Part shown: in pieces, positions 52,258 to 61,979 of the stretch | Position numbering within the stretch: the stretch's first letter is position 1 | Layout: every line of letters starts with the position of its first letter | Assembly: GCA_943349825.1 (NCBI GenBank) | Contig: CALQZQ010000004.1 | Coordinates: 51,866-115,865, forward strand | Source of the DNA: Candidatus Peribacteria bacterium | GTDB lineage: Bacteria; Patescibacteriota; Gracilibacteria; UBA1369; 2-02-FULL-48-14 | Reading direction: 5' to 3' | Length of the DNA: 64,000 nt | Notes under the pieces: model-generated | What the model was told of the DNA's origin: nothing | Databases searched by the model: none | The model's input: the letters and a program-made list of their open reading frames with translations, nothing else | Program-made: the position numbers and the translations under genes

Positions 52258-53520
52258 ATGTACAACAGGGTGGACCGTTATAACACCCTCTTGGGCTCTA
52301 ATATGTTCAGAAAGCAATTTACTCACCGTTCCAGCGATCGCCGACCCGCTCCTGGACGTCCTAGTTCTAGTCATGGTCGTGGTGGCCGCAGTGGCGGTGG
52401 TCGTGCGGGTACGCCCCACATCAACCCTGCTCTTTTGGTGAAAAAAGCCACCGGAGTTGTGGAGAAAGACAACTTTATCCCGTCTTTTGAGTATAAGGAC
52501 ATTCCTGTCCATCCTCAACTGCGCTCCAATATCTTAAAGAAAGGCTACCTTACGCCGACTCCTATTCAAGATGGAACTATTTTGCCCATCAGCGAAGGAC
52601 GCGACGTGCTTGGTATTGCTAACACCGGAACCGGGAAAACAGCCGCTTTCTTGATTCCCCTCATTCACCGCGCGCTGGGTGATGCCAAGGAACGCATCCT
52701 TATCCTCGTCCCTACTCGTGAAATCGCTACCCAAATTCAAGATGAATTCGTTGGTTTTGCACAGGCCACGCGACTCTGGTCCGTGGTTTGTACCGGAGGA
52801 CTTCCTTTGGGCAAGCAAATCCGTCACCTCAAAGTGGATCCTACTTGTGTGATTGCGACTCCGGGACGTTTGAAAGATTTGATCGAACGCAAAGCCATCA
52901 ACTTGGGACGTTTCAACCGTGTCATTATGGATGAAGCCGACCGCATGGTGGACATGGGATTCATCAAAGACATTCGCTATCTTTTGGGCCTTTTGCCTAA
53001 GGAACGTCAATCTTTGTTTTTCTCCGCTACACTTCCTCACGACGTGAAGGATTTGATTCATTCTTTCTTACGCGATCCAGTGACGGTTTCTGTGAAGAAA
53101 CAAGACACTTCCGCGAACGTGGACCAAGACATTGTGACCATTTTCCCCGGTCAGAATAAATATCAAATTTTGAAAGCGCTGCTTGAAAAAGAACATTTCC
53201 AAAAAGTTTTGGTTTTTACTCGCACTAAGCGTGGAGCGGATCGTCTCAGTACTTACTTGATTCAAGAACGTTTCACCGTGGCTTGTATTCACGGTGATAA
53301 GGAACAGCGTCAGCGTCAAAAAGCGCTCGATGCCTTCAAGGAAAATCGTATTCAAATTCTGGTGGCTACCGATGTGGCTGCTCGTGGACTCGACATCCCG
53401 AACGTGAGCCACGTGATCAACTTTGATATGCCTCAAACTTACGAAGACTATGTACACCGCATCGGTCGTACTGGCCGCGCGGACAAGAAAGGACATGCTT
53501 TAACGTTCATCGATAAATGA
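52258..53520 (+). CDS. DEAD-box ATP-dependent RNA helicase
   Basis: Contains PTPIQ, ANTGTGKT, MDEADRM, SAT, ARGLD and HRIGRTGR motifs. The start is uncertain (ATG52258 or ATG52303). Confidence 0.9.
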   Translation: MYNRVDRYNTLLGSNMFRKQFTHRSSDRRPAPGRPSSSHGRGGRSGGGRAGTPHINPALLVKKATGVVEKDNFIPSFEYKDIPVHPQLRSNILKKGYLTPTPIQDGTILPISEGRDVLGIANTGTGKTAAFLIPLIHRALGDAKERILILVPTREIATQIQDEFVGFAQATRLWSVVCTGGLPLGKQIRHLKVDPTCVIATPGRLKDLIERKAINLGRFNRVIMDEADRMVDMGFIKDIRYLLGLLPKERQSLFFSATLPHDVKDLIHSFLRDPVTVSVKKQDTSANVDQDIVTIFPGQNKYQILKALLEKEHFQKVLVFTRTKRGADRLSTYLIQERFTVACIHGDKEQRQRQKALDAFKENRIQILVATDVAARGLDIPNVSHVINFDMPQTYEDYVHRIGRTGRADKKGHALTFIDK

Positions 53521-54095
53521 AGCGTGGTTTGATTTTGTTACTACTCCTTAGTGGCTGCACATTTTCTTCGGAAGATGCTCAGCCACTTTTGGGTGATGTG
53601 CATGAACACGCCGATTTTAAAGTTTATCTGAATGGAGAGGCCTATGATTTTGCGGAGGACAAGTACATGTCTACCGAAGAAGCGCCGCTGAACCCTTTCA
53701 CTCATGTGCACGATGGCGAGGGAGAGGTGATTCACAAACACATGAGTGGCGTTACGCTGGGCAGTTTTTTTGAATCGCTGGGCATGGAATTCACGGCGGA
53801 CTGTTTTATGCTCGATTCCGGCGAATCCTACTGCACGGACTCTACGCACACGCTGCAATTTTTTGTGAATGGAGCAGAAAATGCTGAGTTTGCTGACTAT
53901 GAATTTCATGATGCTGATCGACTTTTAATCACGTACGGAGCGCCGACCCCTGAGCAGCTTCAAAGTGAACTCGACTCGGTTTCCGATCGTGCTTGTATTT
54001 TTTCCGAAACGTGTCCGGAACGCGGTTCACCGCCGGATGAATCCAGCTGTACCGGTTCTGGCACGGATTGCATCGCGCCCGTGCAGCACGATTAG
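53517..54095 (+). CDS. lipoprotein, hypothetical
   Basis: Begins MKRGLILLLLLSGC (lipobox) and is rich in His (HEHADFKVYLNGE, HVHDGEGEVIHKH). It forms an ATGA overlap with the helicase gene. Confidence 0.6.
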   Translation: MKRGLILLLLLSGCTFSSEDAQPLLGDVHEHADFKVYLNGEAYDFAEDKYMSTEEAPLNPFTHVHDGEGEVIHKHMSGVTLGSFFESLGMEFTADCFMLDSGESYCTDSTHTLQFFVNGAENAEFADYEFHDADRLLITYGAPTPEQLQSELDSVSDRACIFSETCPERGSPPDESSCTGSGTDCIAPVQHD

Positions 54096-54110
54096 CGTTA
54101 TACTGTTTGC

Positions 54111-54386
54111 ATGATCAATCCTATTAATACTGATTCGGAGGAAGGAGGAGCTTTTTGGGCCGGTTCGCTCTGGGGCTTTTTTTGGGCATTGCTTTTGGGT
54201 GGGGTTTTACTCATTTCAATCGGCTTTCTCCTTTTACTTCGGGGCCCTAATGCTTCGACTGTGGATGAAATCGATTCCACCACTGATTTAGCTCCTTTAA
54301 CCGAGATGACTCCGAATATGGAGGCGGTTCCGGATACTAGTACGGACACTACTCCCGATGAAGGAGCTGTTGAAGTGAACCCCTAG
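54111..54386 (+). CDS. small membrane protein, hypothetical
   Basis: A 91-aa ORF with one TM helix (FWALLLGGVLLISIGFLLLL) and an acidic tail. Confidence 0.45.
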   Translation: MINPINTDSEEGGAFWAGSLWGFFWALLLGGVLLISIGFLLLLRGPNASTVDEIDSTTDLAPLTEMTPNMEAVPDTSTDTTPDEGAVEVNP

Positions 54387-54436
54387 TGCTTGACGGTTTT
54401 GTGGACACGAGTTTCCTTTGCGATTAGAGTCTGTTC

Positions 54437-56110
54437 ATGAAAAAAATCATCGGAATTTTTGCCTCCCTGGGCCTCCTCCTGGGTTTTTTTGTGCCTGTGG
54501 CTCAGGCTGATTTTACAGATGTAGAGGATCATTGGGCGCGCTTGTATATTGAAGAGTTGGAGGATCAGGGCGTGGTGAGCGGTTATGACAATGGCGGCTT
54601 TGGTCCGGACGATGTGCTCACTCGTGGGCAGATGGCGAAGATCATCGTTTTGGCTTTTGATTTTAATGTGGATGGCACCACAATCACGGCTTATGTGGAT
54701 GCTGTTTTAGAGCAGGGCATTGCAGAAGGTTATAGGGATTCGAATGGTAATTTGATGGGCGCATTCGGCGAGAATGATTCACTGACGCGTGCCCAAGCGG
54801 TGAAGATGCTCACCCTCGCCGCTGATTTGAGTGGAACCGGCACCCTGTCTTTTCCAGATGTGCCTTCCAGCCAGTGGTACTACTCCTATGTGCGTGCGGC
54901 CTATGCGCATGGCCTGGTGACGGGTTATGACAATGGAAATTTTGGCCCCAACGATCCGGTGACTCGAGGCCAAATCGCCAAAATGACCGTGCTGGCGGAG
55001 GATACTTTTTACGATGATATGCCGGTGAGTGTGAGCTCGGTGGAGGAGCCGGACGAGGAGAGTGAACACAGCACGGCGTCTACGGCTTCTACGGGATCTT
55101 CGTCGGGATCTTCTTCGGGATCTAGTTCCACGGTGGCCTCTGAGCCCCTGACTTCCACTAGCACTTCGGCGTCAGCTCCCAGTTCTACGTCGGTAAGCAC
55201 CCCGGTGGTTTCTGACCCTACACCTTCCAGCACCAGCACTCCTGTTCCAGTTTCTAGCTCAGCTGGCTTTTTCATGGGAGCCTCCTTCTATGTGGACGCT
55301 TACTCCAACGCGATTCAACAAATTGCGTCGTGGAGCGCCAGTCGCCCTGCGGATGCAGCCGATTTGCAGGTCATTGCGGCCCAGCCTACCGCTAAGTGGT
55401 TTGGGGATTGGAATGACAACATTGAAGCTTCGGTGAACAGCTATGTGACAACCGTGAGCGCTGCGGGGGATTTGCCGGTGCTCGTGGCTTACAATATTCC
55501 TGGGCGAGACTGTGGCAGTTATTCGGCGGGAGGAAGTTCTGATGCGGACGATTATAGAGCGTGGATTCAAGATTTTACCGATGGAGTGGGGAGCCGGGAT
55601 GCGGTGGTGGTTTTGGAACCCGATGCGCTCTCTCTCGATTGTGTTTATGAGGATTCCGTCGATCTGCTTGCGGATGCGGTGGGTATTTTGAAATCCAATG
55701 CTCATGTGGCCGTTTATATTGATGCAGGTCACCCTAACTGGGTGCCTGTTTCGGACATGGCGGTTCGTCTGAAAGCGGCGAACGTGAGTGAAGCGGATGG
55801 CTTTGCCCTGAATGTGTCCAACTTCTACATCACTGCTGAAAATACTGCCTATGGGGAAGCAATTTCCGCCCTCGTGGGTGGCAAACATTTTATTATCGAT
55901 ACGAGTCGCAACGGGAATGGTTGGAATGGAGAGTGGTGCAATCCGTCTGGGATGGCACTGGGAGAAAATCCCACGACGAGTACGGGCAACTCTTTAATCG
56001 ACGCGCTGCTGTGGGTGAAACCTCCGGGAGAATCGGATGGAACTTGCAATGGAGGCCCTTCTGCAGGAGCCTGGTGGGCGGAGTATGCGCTCGGTTTAGT
56101 CCGAAACTGA
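54437..56110 (+). CDS. SLH-anchored glycoside hydrolase family 6 (cellulase)
   Basis: Has a signal peptide and SLH motifs (VSGYDNGGFGPDDVLTRGQMAKII, VTGYDNGNFGPNDPVTRGQIAKM), then a Ser/Thr linker. GH6 motifs are PGRDCGS, VLEPDALS, YIDAGHPNW and LWVKPPGESDGTC. Confidence 0.85.
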   Translation: MKKIIGIFASLGLLLGFFVPVAQADFTDVEDHWARLYIEELEDQGVVSGYDNGGFGPDDVLTRGQMAKIIVLAFDFNVDGTTITAYVDAVLEQGIAEGYRDSNGNLMGAFGENDSLTRAQAVKMLTLAADLSGTGTLSFPDVPSSQWYYSYVRAAYAHGLVTGYDNGNFGPNDPVTRGQIAKMTVLAEDTFYDDMPVSVSSVEEPDEESEHSTASTASTGSSSGSSSGSSSTVASEPLTSTSTSASAPSSTSVSTPVVSDPTPSSTSTPVPVSSSAGFFMGASFYVDAYSNAIQQIASWSASRPADAADLQVIAAQPTAKWFGDWNDNIEASVNSYVTTVSAAGDLPVLVAYNIPGRDCGSYSAGGSSDADDYRAWIQDFTDGVGSRDAVVVLEPDALSLDCVYEDSVDLLADAVGILKSNAHVAVYIDAGHPNWVPVSDMAVRLKAANVSEADGFALNVSNFYITAENTAYGEAISALVGGKHFIIDTSRNGNGWNGEWCNPSGMALGENPTTSTGNSLIDALLWVKPPGESDGTCNGGPSAGAWWAEYALGLVRN

Positions 56111-56177
56111 AGTGCTTGCTATTCCATAATTTTTAGTTTATTGTATATCGCTTGTTCTCTTAAAAACCCTTTTTCAC

Positions 56178-56909
56178 ATGTATCCCAAAAAGAAATTCGA
56201 CGGTGGCAGCAGATTCGGTGCTAAACGCGACTTCGGTCGTCCTCAGCTTTATTCAGCCACTTGTGTGGATTGTGGAAATACTTGTGAAGTTCCCTTCAAG
56301 CCGATGGGAAATCGCCCTGTGTTCTGCCGTGATTGTTTCAAAAATCAAGGAGAAGGTGCCGGTGCATCCATGGGTCCCAAAAAATGGGAGAACCGCAGCG
56401 AAGGCCGTGGTGGATTTGAAAATCGCGGCGAGAGCCGTGGTGCCGATGACCGTTTGATGTACCCTGCCGAATGCGACACCTGTCACAATGAATGCAAGGT
56501 GCCTTTCCGTCCTACTCAAGGACGCCCTGTGTACTGTCATCGTTGTATGGCTGCTCAGAATGGCGGCGGGGAAGAACGATCTTTTGGCAACGACCGTAAC
56601 GAACGCTCCTTTGCTCCTGCTAAATCTTTCGCGCCTGCGGCGGCTCCTTCAGCATCCAAGATGTCTGATGAGCAATTCAAAACTTTGAACGCTAAGATGG
56701 ATAAGATCTTGAAGGTTCTGGAATTGGCTACCGGTGAATTGGATGAGGACATGGACGACGAGGATGACTTTGAAGAAATGGAGGACCTTAAACCTGTGAA
56801 ACCGGTTAAAGCTCCGAAGGTTGTGAAAGCTGTTGAAGAAATCGTAGAAGCTCCTAAAAAGAAAACTCGCGGCCAAGTGAAACGGGCCAAGAGGACAGGG
56901 AAGGCTTAA
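56178..56909 (+). CDS. stand-alone protein with two CxxC-x17-CxxC zinc-ribbon modules and a charged C-terminal tail
   Basis: The modules are CVDC-GNTCEVPFKPMGNRPVF-CRDC and CDTC-HNECKVPFRPTQGRPVY-CHRC, both with exactly 17 residues of spacing. Confidence 0.7.
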   Translation: MYPKKKFDGGSRFGAKRDFGRPQLYSATCVDCGNTCEVPFKPMGNRPVFCRDCFKNQGEGAGASMGPKKWENRSEGRGGFENRGESRGADDRLMYPAECDTCHNECKVPFRPTQGRPVYCHRCMAAQNGGGEERSFGNDRNERSFAPAKSFAPAAAPSASKMSDEQFKTLNAKMDKILKVLELATGELDEDMDDEDDFEEMEDLKPVKPVKAPKVVKAVEEIVEAPKKKTRGQVKRAKRTGKA

Positions 56910-56927
56910 TCATTTCAAGACTGGTTT

Positions 56928-56955
56928 AAAAGGCAAGCGCAAGCTTGCCTTTTTT
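56928..56955 (+). terminator. intrinsic terminator
   Basis: AGGCAAGC-GCAA-GCTTGCCTTTTTT. Confidence 0.8.
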
Positions 56956-56979
56956 CGTTAATTGTGTTGTAATTTGTTC

Positions 56980-57774
56980 ATGAGCATGAACCTTTCCAGA
57001 GTGGCTGCACTCACGTCCACCTTGTTTATGACTGGGAACTTAAGAGGGGACACGCAGGAGGTTCTGCCTCAGGCTCGCGTTTCTGAGGGGGTTTCTTGTC
57101 AGCAAGAAGCTCTTTTGGCTCAGGTCCAGACGCGCCTTCCCAAGGGAACTGCTTCCGATCGAATTGAGTTTGTGGTTGCGGCCGGGCCCAATCGCATTCA
57201 GAATTTGCCCACGGCGATCCGCTTAGCGAATCAAGTGGCGGAGAGCACTTCGGAACAGGTTTCTTTGGTGCTTCGTGTGGATGAAGGGGAGCTTCCAGAA
57301 GGGTGGAGGGAGAAAGGGAGGATTGATCCTCAGGATCTTCGTTGGGATTTTGTGCTCGAACGGCTTATGTATGACAAATCGGGGATTACGGTTGCTCAAC
57401 TTTTAGCTACCGTGCGTTCCGAGGTAGGGCAAGCCCTTGTGGTTCAAGCGATGGGAACCTCTTATACGGAAGTGGTGGATAGTATTTTGGAAACGAAGGC
57501 GAATGCGCTCGTTTTTTTAGCACACAACTGGCCACTGCAAGAACGTCTCACCTTGGCTGCAGAAAATACAGTTTCTGTAGGACCCATGAGTGAACACTTA
57601 CGTGGGGTTCAAGTTTTGTGCCATGGCAATACTTTGGATGCCGACTTTGCCAAGGAGGCCGCTTCTTACGCGCTCGACGGATCTACGAGTTTAGTGGGAG
57701 GCCACGATGCTGTGGTGGATACCTCTCGAGGTGGGCATCGTTGGGCGAGGATCAAAAAATGGGCAGGCTTTTGA
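56980..57774 (+). CDS. hypothetical protein, possible signal peptide
   Basis: Start is ATG56980 (MSMNLSRVAALTSTLFMTG). I recognised no motif. Confidence 0.5.
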   Translation: MSMNLSRVAALTSTLFMTGNLRGDTQEVLPQARVSEGVSCQQEALLAQVQTRLPKGTASDRIEFVVAAGPNRIQNLPTAIRLANQVAESTSEQVSLVLRVDEGELPEGWREKGRIDPQDLRWDFVLERLMYDKSGITVAQLLATVRSEVGQALVVQAMGTSYTEVVDSILETKANALVFLAHNWPLQERLTLAAENTVSVGPMSEHLRGVQVLCHGNTLDADFAKEAASYALDGSTSLVGGHDAVVDTSRGGHRWARIKKWAGF

Positions 57775-57784
57775 AGATGGTACT

Positions 57785-57820
57785 AAAAAATCCCCGGGTT
57801 TTAGGCCGGGGACTCTTTGT
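57785..57820. terminator. bidirectional terminator hairpin
   Basis: AAAAAATCCCCGG-loop-CCGGGGACTCTTTGTTT lies between convergent genes. Confidence 0.7.
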
Positions 57821-57831
57821 TTGAGCTGAAA

Positions 57832-58092
57832 TTAAGCAGCTTGATCTTCGTCCGCAGGAGCTTCTTCAGCCATGTCGCTGTTTGCAGCTTCGCCACCCAT
57901 GTCGAGAACTACGTTCACGGCGCGAGGACCTTTGTCGGAATCAGCAGTTTCGAAAGAAACAGCCTGACCTTCTTGCATTTCCTTGAAGTTGCCATCGCTA
58001 CAATCGTTGGCGTGGAAGAAGATATCCTTCTGTCCTGCAAGGCTAATAAAACCGAAACCCTTTTCGTTCAACTTTTTGATGATACCTTTCAT
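57832..58092 (-). CDS. cold-shock domain protein with an acidic C-terminal extension
   Basis: Contains GIIKKLNEKGFGFI (RNP1-like) and IFFHAND (RNP2-like) motifs. Confidence 0.9.
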   Translation of the reverse strand: MKGIIKKLNEKGFGFISLAGQKDIFFHANDCSDGNFKEMQEGQAVSFETADSDKGPRAVNVVLDMGGEAANSDMAEEAPADEDQAA

Positions 58093-58183
58093 AGTGATAA
58101 GGTAAGAAAATAAATGTCCTCTAAGTGTCGATTTGAGGAATTTATTTCTAAAACCTTAAAACTAAACCTATTAGGTCTTAAGC

Positions 58184-58615
58184 CTACAGGGAATCCTGGG
58201 AATGTCCAGCCAAAGCCCAGCGATGGCTCTCGTGCAGGATTTTTTTCAGAGCGTCTTCCTTGCTGAGCCAGAGCAGTTCGTGGGTGTCTTCGCTGGTTTC
58301 ATTCACTTGCTCCAGCAGAGTGGCTTTATAAAAATGGCCTTCTTTGGAAATGTAAACTTCTGCTTCCGGAACGTAGATGTGTTGCAAGGCCACGCCGATT
58401 TTTTTATCGATGCGAATGCTCCAGCCAATTTCTTCCAGCACTTCGCGGTGAAGGGCTTCTTCGGGAGTTTCATCCTCTTCAATGCCACCGCCGATCAAAA
58501 AAGTGCTCTTGGGATTTTTCACCACGGCATAGAGCCCGTCTTTTTCGATCACGGCATAAGCGCCGGGCCGATCCACGTACTCTTTCCCCGGAATTTTTTC
58601 ACCGAATTCAAGCAT
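58184..58615 (-). CDS. NUDIX hydrolase
   Basis: The Nudix box is GGGIEEDETPEEALHREVLEEIG. Confidence 0.85.
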   Translation of the reverse strand: MLEFGEKIPGKEYVDRPGAYAVIEKDGLYAVVKNPKSTFLIGGGIEEDETPEEALHREVLEEIGWSIRIDKKIGVALQHIYVPEAEVYISKEGHFYKATLLEQVNETSEDTHELLWLSKEDALKKILHESHRWALAGHSQDSL

Positions 58616-58976
58616 GGAGCTTGTTGTAGGTCTGGCGAGAGACGGCGAGGATTCCCAAGAAGACGGCAGCCATCACGACCACGCCACTGAAGCCATCCAT
58701 AGCCCAGTTGGAAACGGCTGCAGAGATGAAGACGATTCCAAAGCCGGCGTAAGCCCATTCTTTAAAGGGATTTTTGACGGAGGGCAAAACGAGAGCGAGG
58801 GCGCCCAGGACTTTGAAAACCACTAGCATGAGGCCGAAGTACTGCGGGTAGCCGAGGTGGGCCATTCCATCCATGGACATTTGGCTGGTACCGAAGGCCA
58901 GAGTCATTACGCCTTCAAATAAAAAGATCAAAATGGTACTGGCCCAATAAAGGAGTTTGGTGGATTTGGTCTTCAT
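58608..58976 (-). CDS. DoxX-like membrane protein
   Basis: A 122-aa ORF with 4 TM segments and a DoxX-like layout. It overlaps the NUDIX gene by 8 nt. Confidence 0.5.
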   Translation of the reverse strand: MKTKSTKLLYWASTILIFLFEGVMTLAFGTSQMSMDGMAHLGYPQYFGLMLVVFKVLGALALVLPSVKNPFKEWAYAGFGIVFISAAVSNWAMDGFSGVVVMAAVFLGILAVSRQTYNKLHA

Positions 58977-59059
58977 GGCGGGAAGGTTAATGTTTTTTTA
59001 TAATTTAGCCGAATCTTTTTGAATTTGCACCTCCATTTAAAGAATGTTAGCGTTCACGT

Positions 59060-59422
59060 ATGATGCATTTTATTTGTAAAGGAACCTGCGGAGGCTCTTC
59101 TGAACTGGAGGGTGTTTGTGAAACGGAAGGTTGCCCCAAGCAGTGGGAGCTTTTGGAAGAGTGCGCGTGCGAGGATGGAAAACATTTTCGTGGAGGCGAC
59201 GACGCAGAGGAAGTGCTGGTGGTGAAAGACAGCAACGGCACTGTGCTGCACGATGGGGATGACGTGGTGCTTATTAAGGATCTCACACTTCGTGGTTCCT
59301 CACGGACTTTTAAAAGAGGTACGAAAGCCAGTATTAAGCTCACGGACAATCCGGAAGAAGTGGACTGCCGCTTGGAAGGCACTGCCATTGTGCTCCGCGT
59401 TGAGTTCTTGAAGAAGATCTAG
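59060..59422 (+). CDS. PhnA/YjdM C-terminal-domain protein with a different Cys-rich N-terminus
   Basis: The C-terminal VVKDSNGTVLHDGDDVVLIKDLTLRGSS...EFLKKI matches the E. coli YjdM C-domain pattern. The N-terminus is HFICKGTCGGSSELEGVCETEGCPKQWELLEECAC. Confidence 0.7.
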   Translation: MMHFICKGTCGGSSELEGVCETEGCPKQWELLEECACEDGKHFRGGDDAEEVLVVKDSNGTVLHDGDDVVLIKDLTLRGSSRTFKRGTKASIKLTDNPEEVDCRLEGTAIVLRVEFLKKI

Positions 59423-59521
59423 GCGTTTTCAATGTCTTACTTAAACTCGTCAAGGCTTTTTTTTGCGGGGGGATTTCTTGATACAATCGGGCCACGCCTT
59501 ATCAATCACCTCCTCCACGCT

Positions 59522-61903
59522 ATGTTTAAGTATTTGCAAAAGACTTTGGGTAGTTTCCTCATTGTCTTGAATATTTTCTTGAGTTTTGCAGTTTTCTTTA
59601 GCTTGCACATTCCTTTGGCGGCTGCGGTCATGCCTACAGGATCAATGACTGGAGCCAGTCAAACGATCAACGTTGGACTCATTACTGCTATCAATCAAAT
59701 TACGGTATTGGATAATAATACCCCACAAATCACGGCGGCGAATAATATTCGAATTCGAATTCCTGCTGGGGTCAATGCCACTTGGGACACGAACGATCTC
59801 ACCACTAATGCCTATGGAGGTATGGGTGCAAGCAAGGCTAGCACTACGGTGAGTTACCCGGATACCAAAACTCTCTTGATTGATGTGACCGAAGATTTCG
59901 GAGCTATGAATGCGCTTATTATTACTGGATTAAGCTTCATCGGTACGGCACAAAACAACGCAGTTGGGCTGACCTGGTCTATTGATGGAGGAACGGATTA
60001 TGCGACTGGAACCCCGATTCTTCAAGTGATTGCGCCCAATGCTCAAGCCAGCATGGCTTTGAGTACGAACTCTGTTGTAGGGGTGGCTGGAAACAGTACT
60101 TTGACTTTGACTCCTGCTGCTGCTCTAGCCAATAATGATTCGGTACAATTCACTGCGCCTCCCGTGCTGGATGTGTCTGCAGTGGCCTTTGTTTCGGAAA
60201 CCTTTGGAGGGGCAGGAACTTTCACAGGTTGTTCTGCTGCGGGTCAAACGGTGACTTGTACGTCCAACGGGGTAATTAATGGGAATAATCCTGGTAACAT
60301 TGTGATGTCGGGGATCAAAGCGCTTTATGTTGGCAATGGACCGGGTCACGAGTTGACCAATGTCACAGTACGAGATTTTGATGCCACATCAGGAGCGAAT
60401 GCCAGCACTACTTTCAGTAATATAGCACCGCTGACGAACACGACCGTGGGGAATCTCTCTCCTGTTTTTGATGTAGTGCCGACTGCATTAACGACTTCCA
60501 CGGTGACCACCATTACCGTTACGTTTACCACCAATGCTACCATTCCTAACTTAGGAGCTGTGGTCGTATCCCTACCCGATGGTTTCGTCACGCCCTCTAT
60601 TAACACTGTTGCTGGCAATTTATCAGGTTTGAATGGCACTTGGACTGTGGATGCAGCCGTGGGCCAAGCGTTTAGGGTTATTCAAACGGGGGGTACGGCG
60701 ACAGCCGCGGGGGCAAAAAGCTTTACGGTGGCGGGCATCACTACCGGTTGTGCCCCTGGTGCCACTGGGCCTTATCAAATTTTGACTAGAAATACGGATG
60801 CGGGCGGTGCGCAAGATATTGAACAGGCCTTCACTGGGGGAAATACTCTTACGGGTGCGAACCTGTGTCCGGTGGTGGGCGTTAGCCACTCTGCTACGTT
60901 CAATGATATTACCAACGTTGCCGTTACTGATTACGAGGGGGGCGGGGTTTTGCTCACATGGGAGGATCCTACTTCAGACAACACGAGCACTATTCAAATT
61001 TTGCGTGGAGTGGACCCCTTGCCTGTGGATGGAACTGTTTATGACAGAGTGGCAAAAGGAGTGGAACAATACATCGATGAGGATGTAGAAGAAGGAGATG
61101 TGGTCTCTTATATTCTTCGACCGGCGAACTCTAGCAGTACCGGGGATCAAACCACGGTGGTGACTTTCACGGTGGGATCCGGGCTTACTTCAGAAGCTGA
61201 GGACACGAGCAGCGCCACCACGACAACGGATACGACGAGTGATACGAGTGGAACCGAAAGTGCTGCGGGTGAAGAAGAAAGCACTATAGAGGAAACGGAG
61301 GTAGTCGTTGAAGAAACCGGTGCTGTTTTTTCAGACATCGCAGGACATTGGGGAGAAGCGGCTATAACATGGGGAGTGGAAAACGGAGTAATGGAAGGTT
61401 ATGAGGATGGAACCTGTCTTCCTGATGCTAACTTGAACCGCTCTGAAGCAGCTGCCTTGCTGTGGAGAGTTCTTGGATTGGGTGAGCCCACTGCGGTCAT
61501 CGAAGATCCTTTCATGGATGTGCCCTTCAGCGGATGGGATGCGCCTTACATCGGTGGCCTCAAGGGCCTTGGCCTTGTTGAAGGAAATCCTGATGGAAGC
61601 TATGAACCTTTTGAAGAAATCAATCGAGCAGAATTCACGCAACTTGCAGTGAATGTGTATTTGTACCTTTACCCGGATATGGATGCAGAAGCTGCGATTC
61701 TGATGGCCGGTACAGTGACCGATCGCTACGTGGATTTAGACACGGCTGCATGGTATGCCCCCGTGGTGACGGTAGCGACGGAATGGGAGTTTGTTCAAGG
61801 TAGCGCCTGTGAAGGAGGGGTCTGCTTCAACGCAGAAAACACCATCACTCGTGCTGAGGCAACGACTATTTTGTACAACATGCTTGCGGAGGAGGTGCTT
61901 TAA
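59522..61903 (+). CDS. secreted surface protein with three C-terminal SLH domains
   Basis: Start ATG59522 gives a signal/TM segment. The body is rich in Thr, Ala, Gly, Asn and Val. SLH motifs are MEGYEDGTCLPDANLNRSEAAALLWRVL, VEGNPDGSYEPFEEINRAEFTQLAV and FNAENTITRAEATTILYNML. Confidence 0.8.
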   Translation: MFKYLQKTLGSFLIVLNIFLSFAVFFSLHIPLAAAVMPTGSMTGASQTINVGLITAINQITVLDNNTPQITAANNIRIRIPAGVNATWDTNDLTTNAYGGMGASKASTTVSYPDTKTLLIDVTEDFGAMNALIITGLSFIGTAQNNAVGLTWSIDGGTDYATGTPILQVIAPNAQASMALSTNSVVGVAGNSTLTLTPAAALANNDSVQFTAPPVLDVSAVAFVSETFGGAGTFTGCSAAGQTVTCTSNGVINGNNPGNIVMSGIKALYVGNGPGHELTNVTVRDFDATSGANASTTFSNIAPLTNTTVGNLSPVFDVVPTALTTSTVTTITVTFTTNATIPNLGAVVVSLPDGFVTPSINTVAGNLSGLNGTWTVDAAVGQAFRVIQTGGTATAAGAKSFTVAGITTGCAPGATGPYQILTRNTDAGGAQDIEQAFTGGNTLTGANLCPVVGVSHSATFNDITNVAVTDYEGGGVLLTWEDPTSDNTSTIQILRGVDPLPVDGTVYDRVAKGVEQYIDEDVEEGDVVSYILRPANSSSTGDQTTVVTFTVGSGLTSEAEDTSSATTTTDTTSDTSGTESAAGEEESTIEETEVVVEETGAVFSDIAGHWGEAAITWGVENGVMEGYEDGTCLPDANLNRSEAAALLWRVLGLGEPTAVIEDPFMDVPFSGWDAPYIGGLKGLGLVEGNPDGSYEPFEEINRAEFTQLAVNVYLYLYPDMDAEAAILMAGTVTDRYVDLDTAAWYAPVVTVATEWEFVQGSACEGGVCFNAENTITRAEATTILYNMLAEEVL

Positions 61904-61926
61904 GTTTCGAGTTTACTGAAAAAACT

Positions 61927-61957
61927 AAAACCCTCGATCGAAAGGTCGGGGGTTTTT
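61927..61957 (+). terminator. intrinsic terminator
   Basis: AAAACCCTCGA-loop-TCGGGGGTTTTT. Confidence 0.7.
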
Positions 61958-61979
61958 GAATTCGTGCTAAAATCTATTC

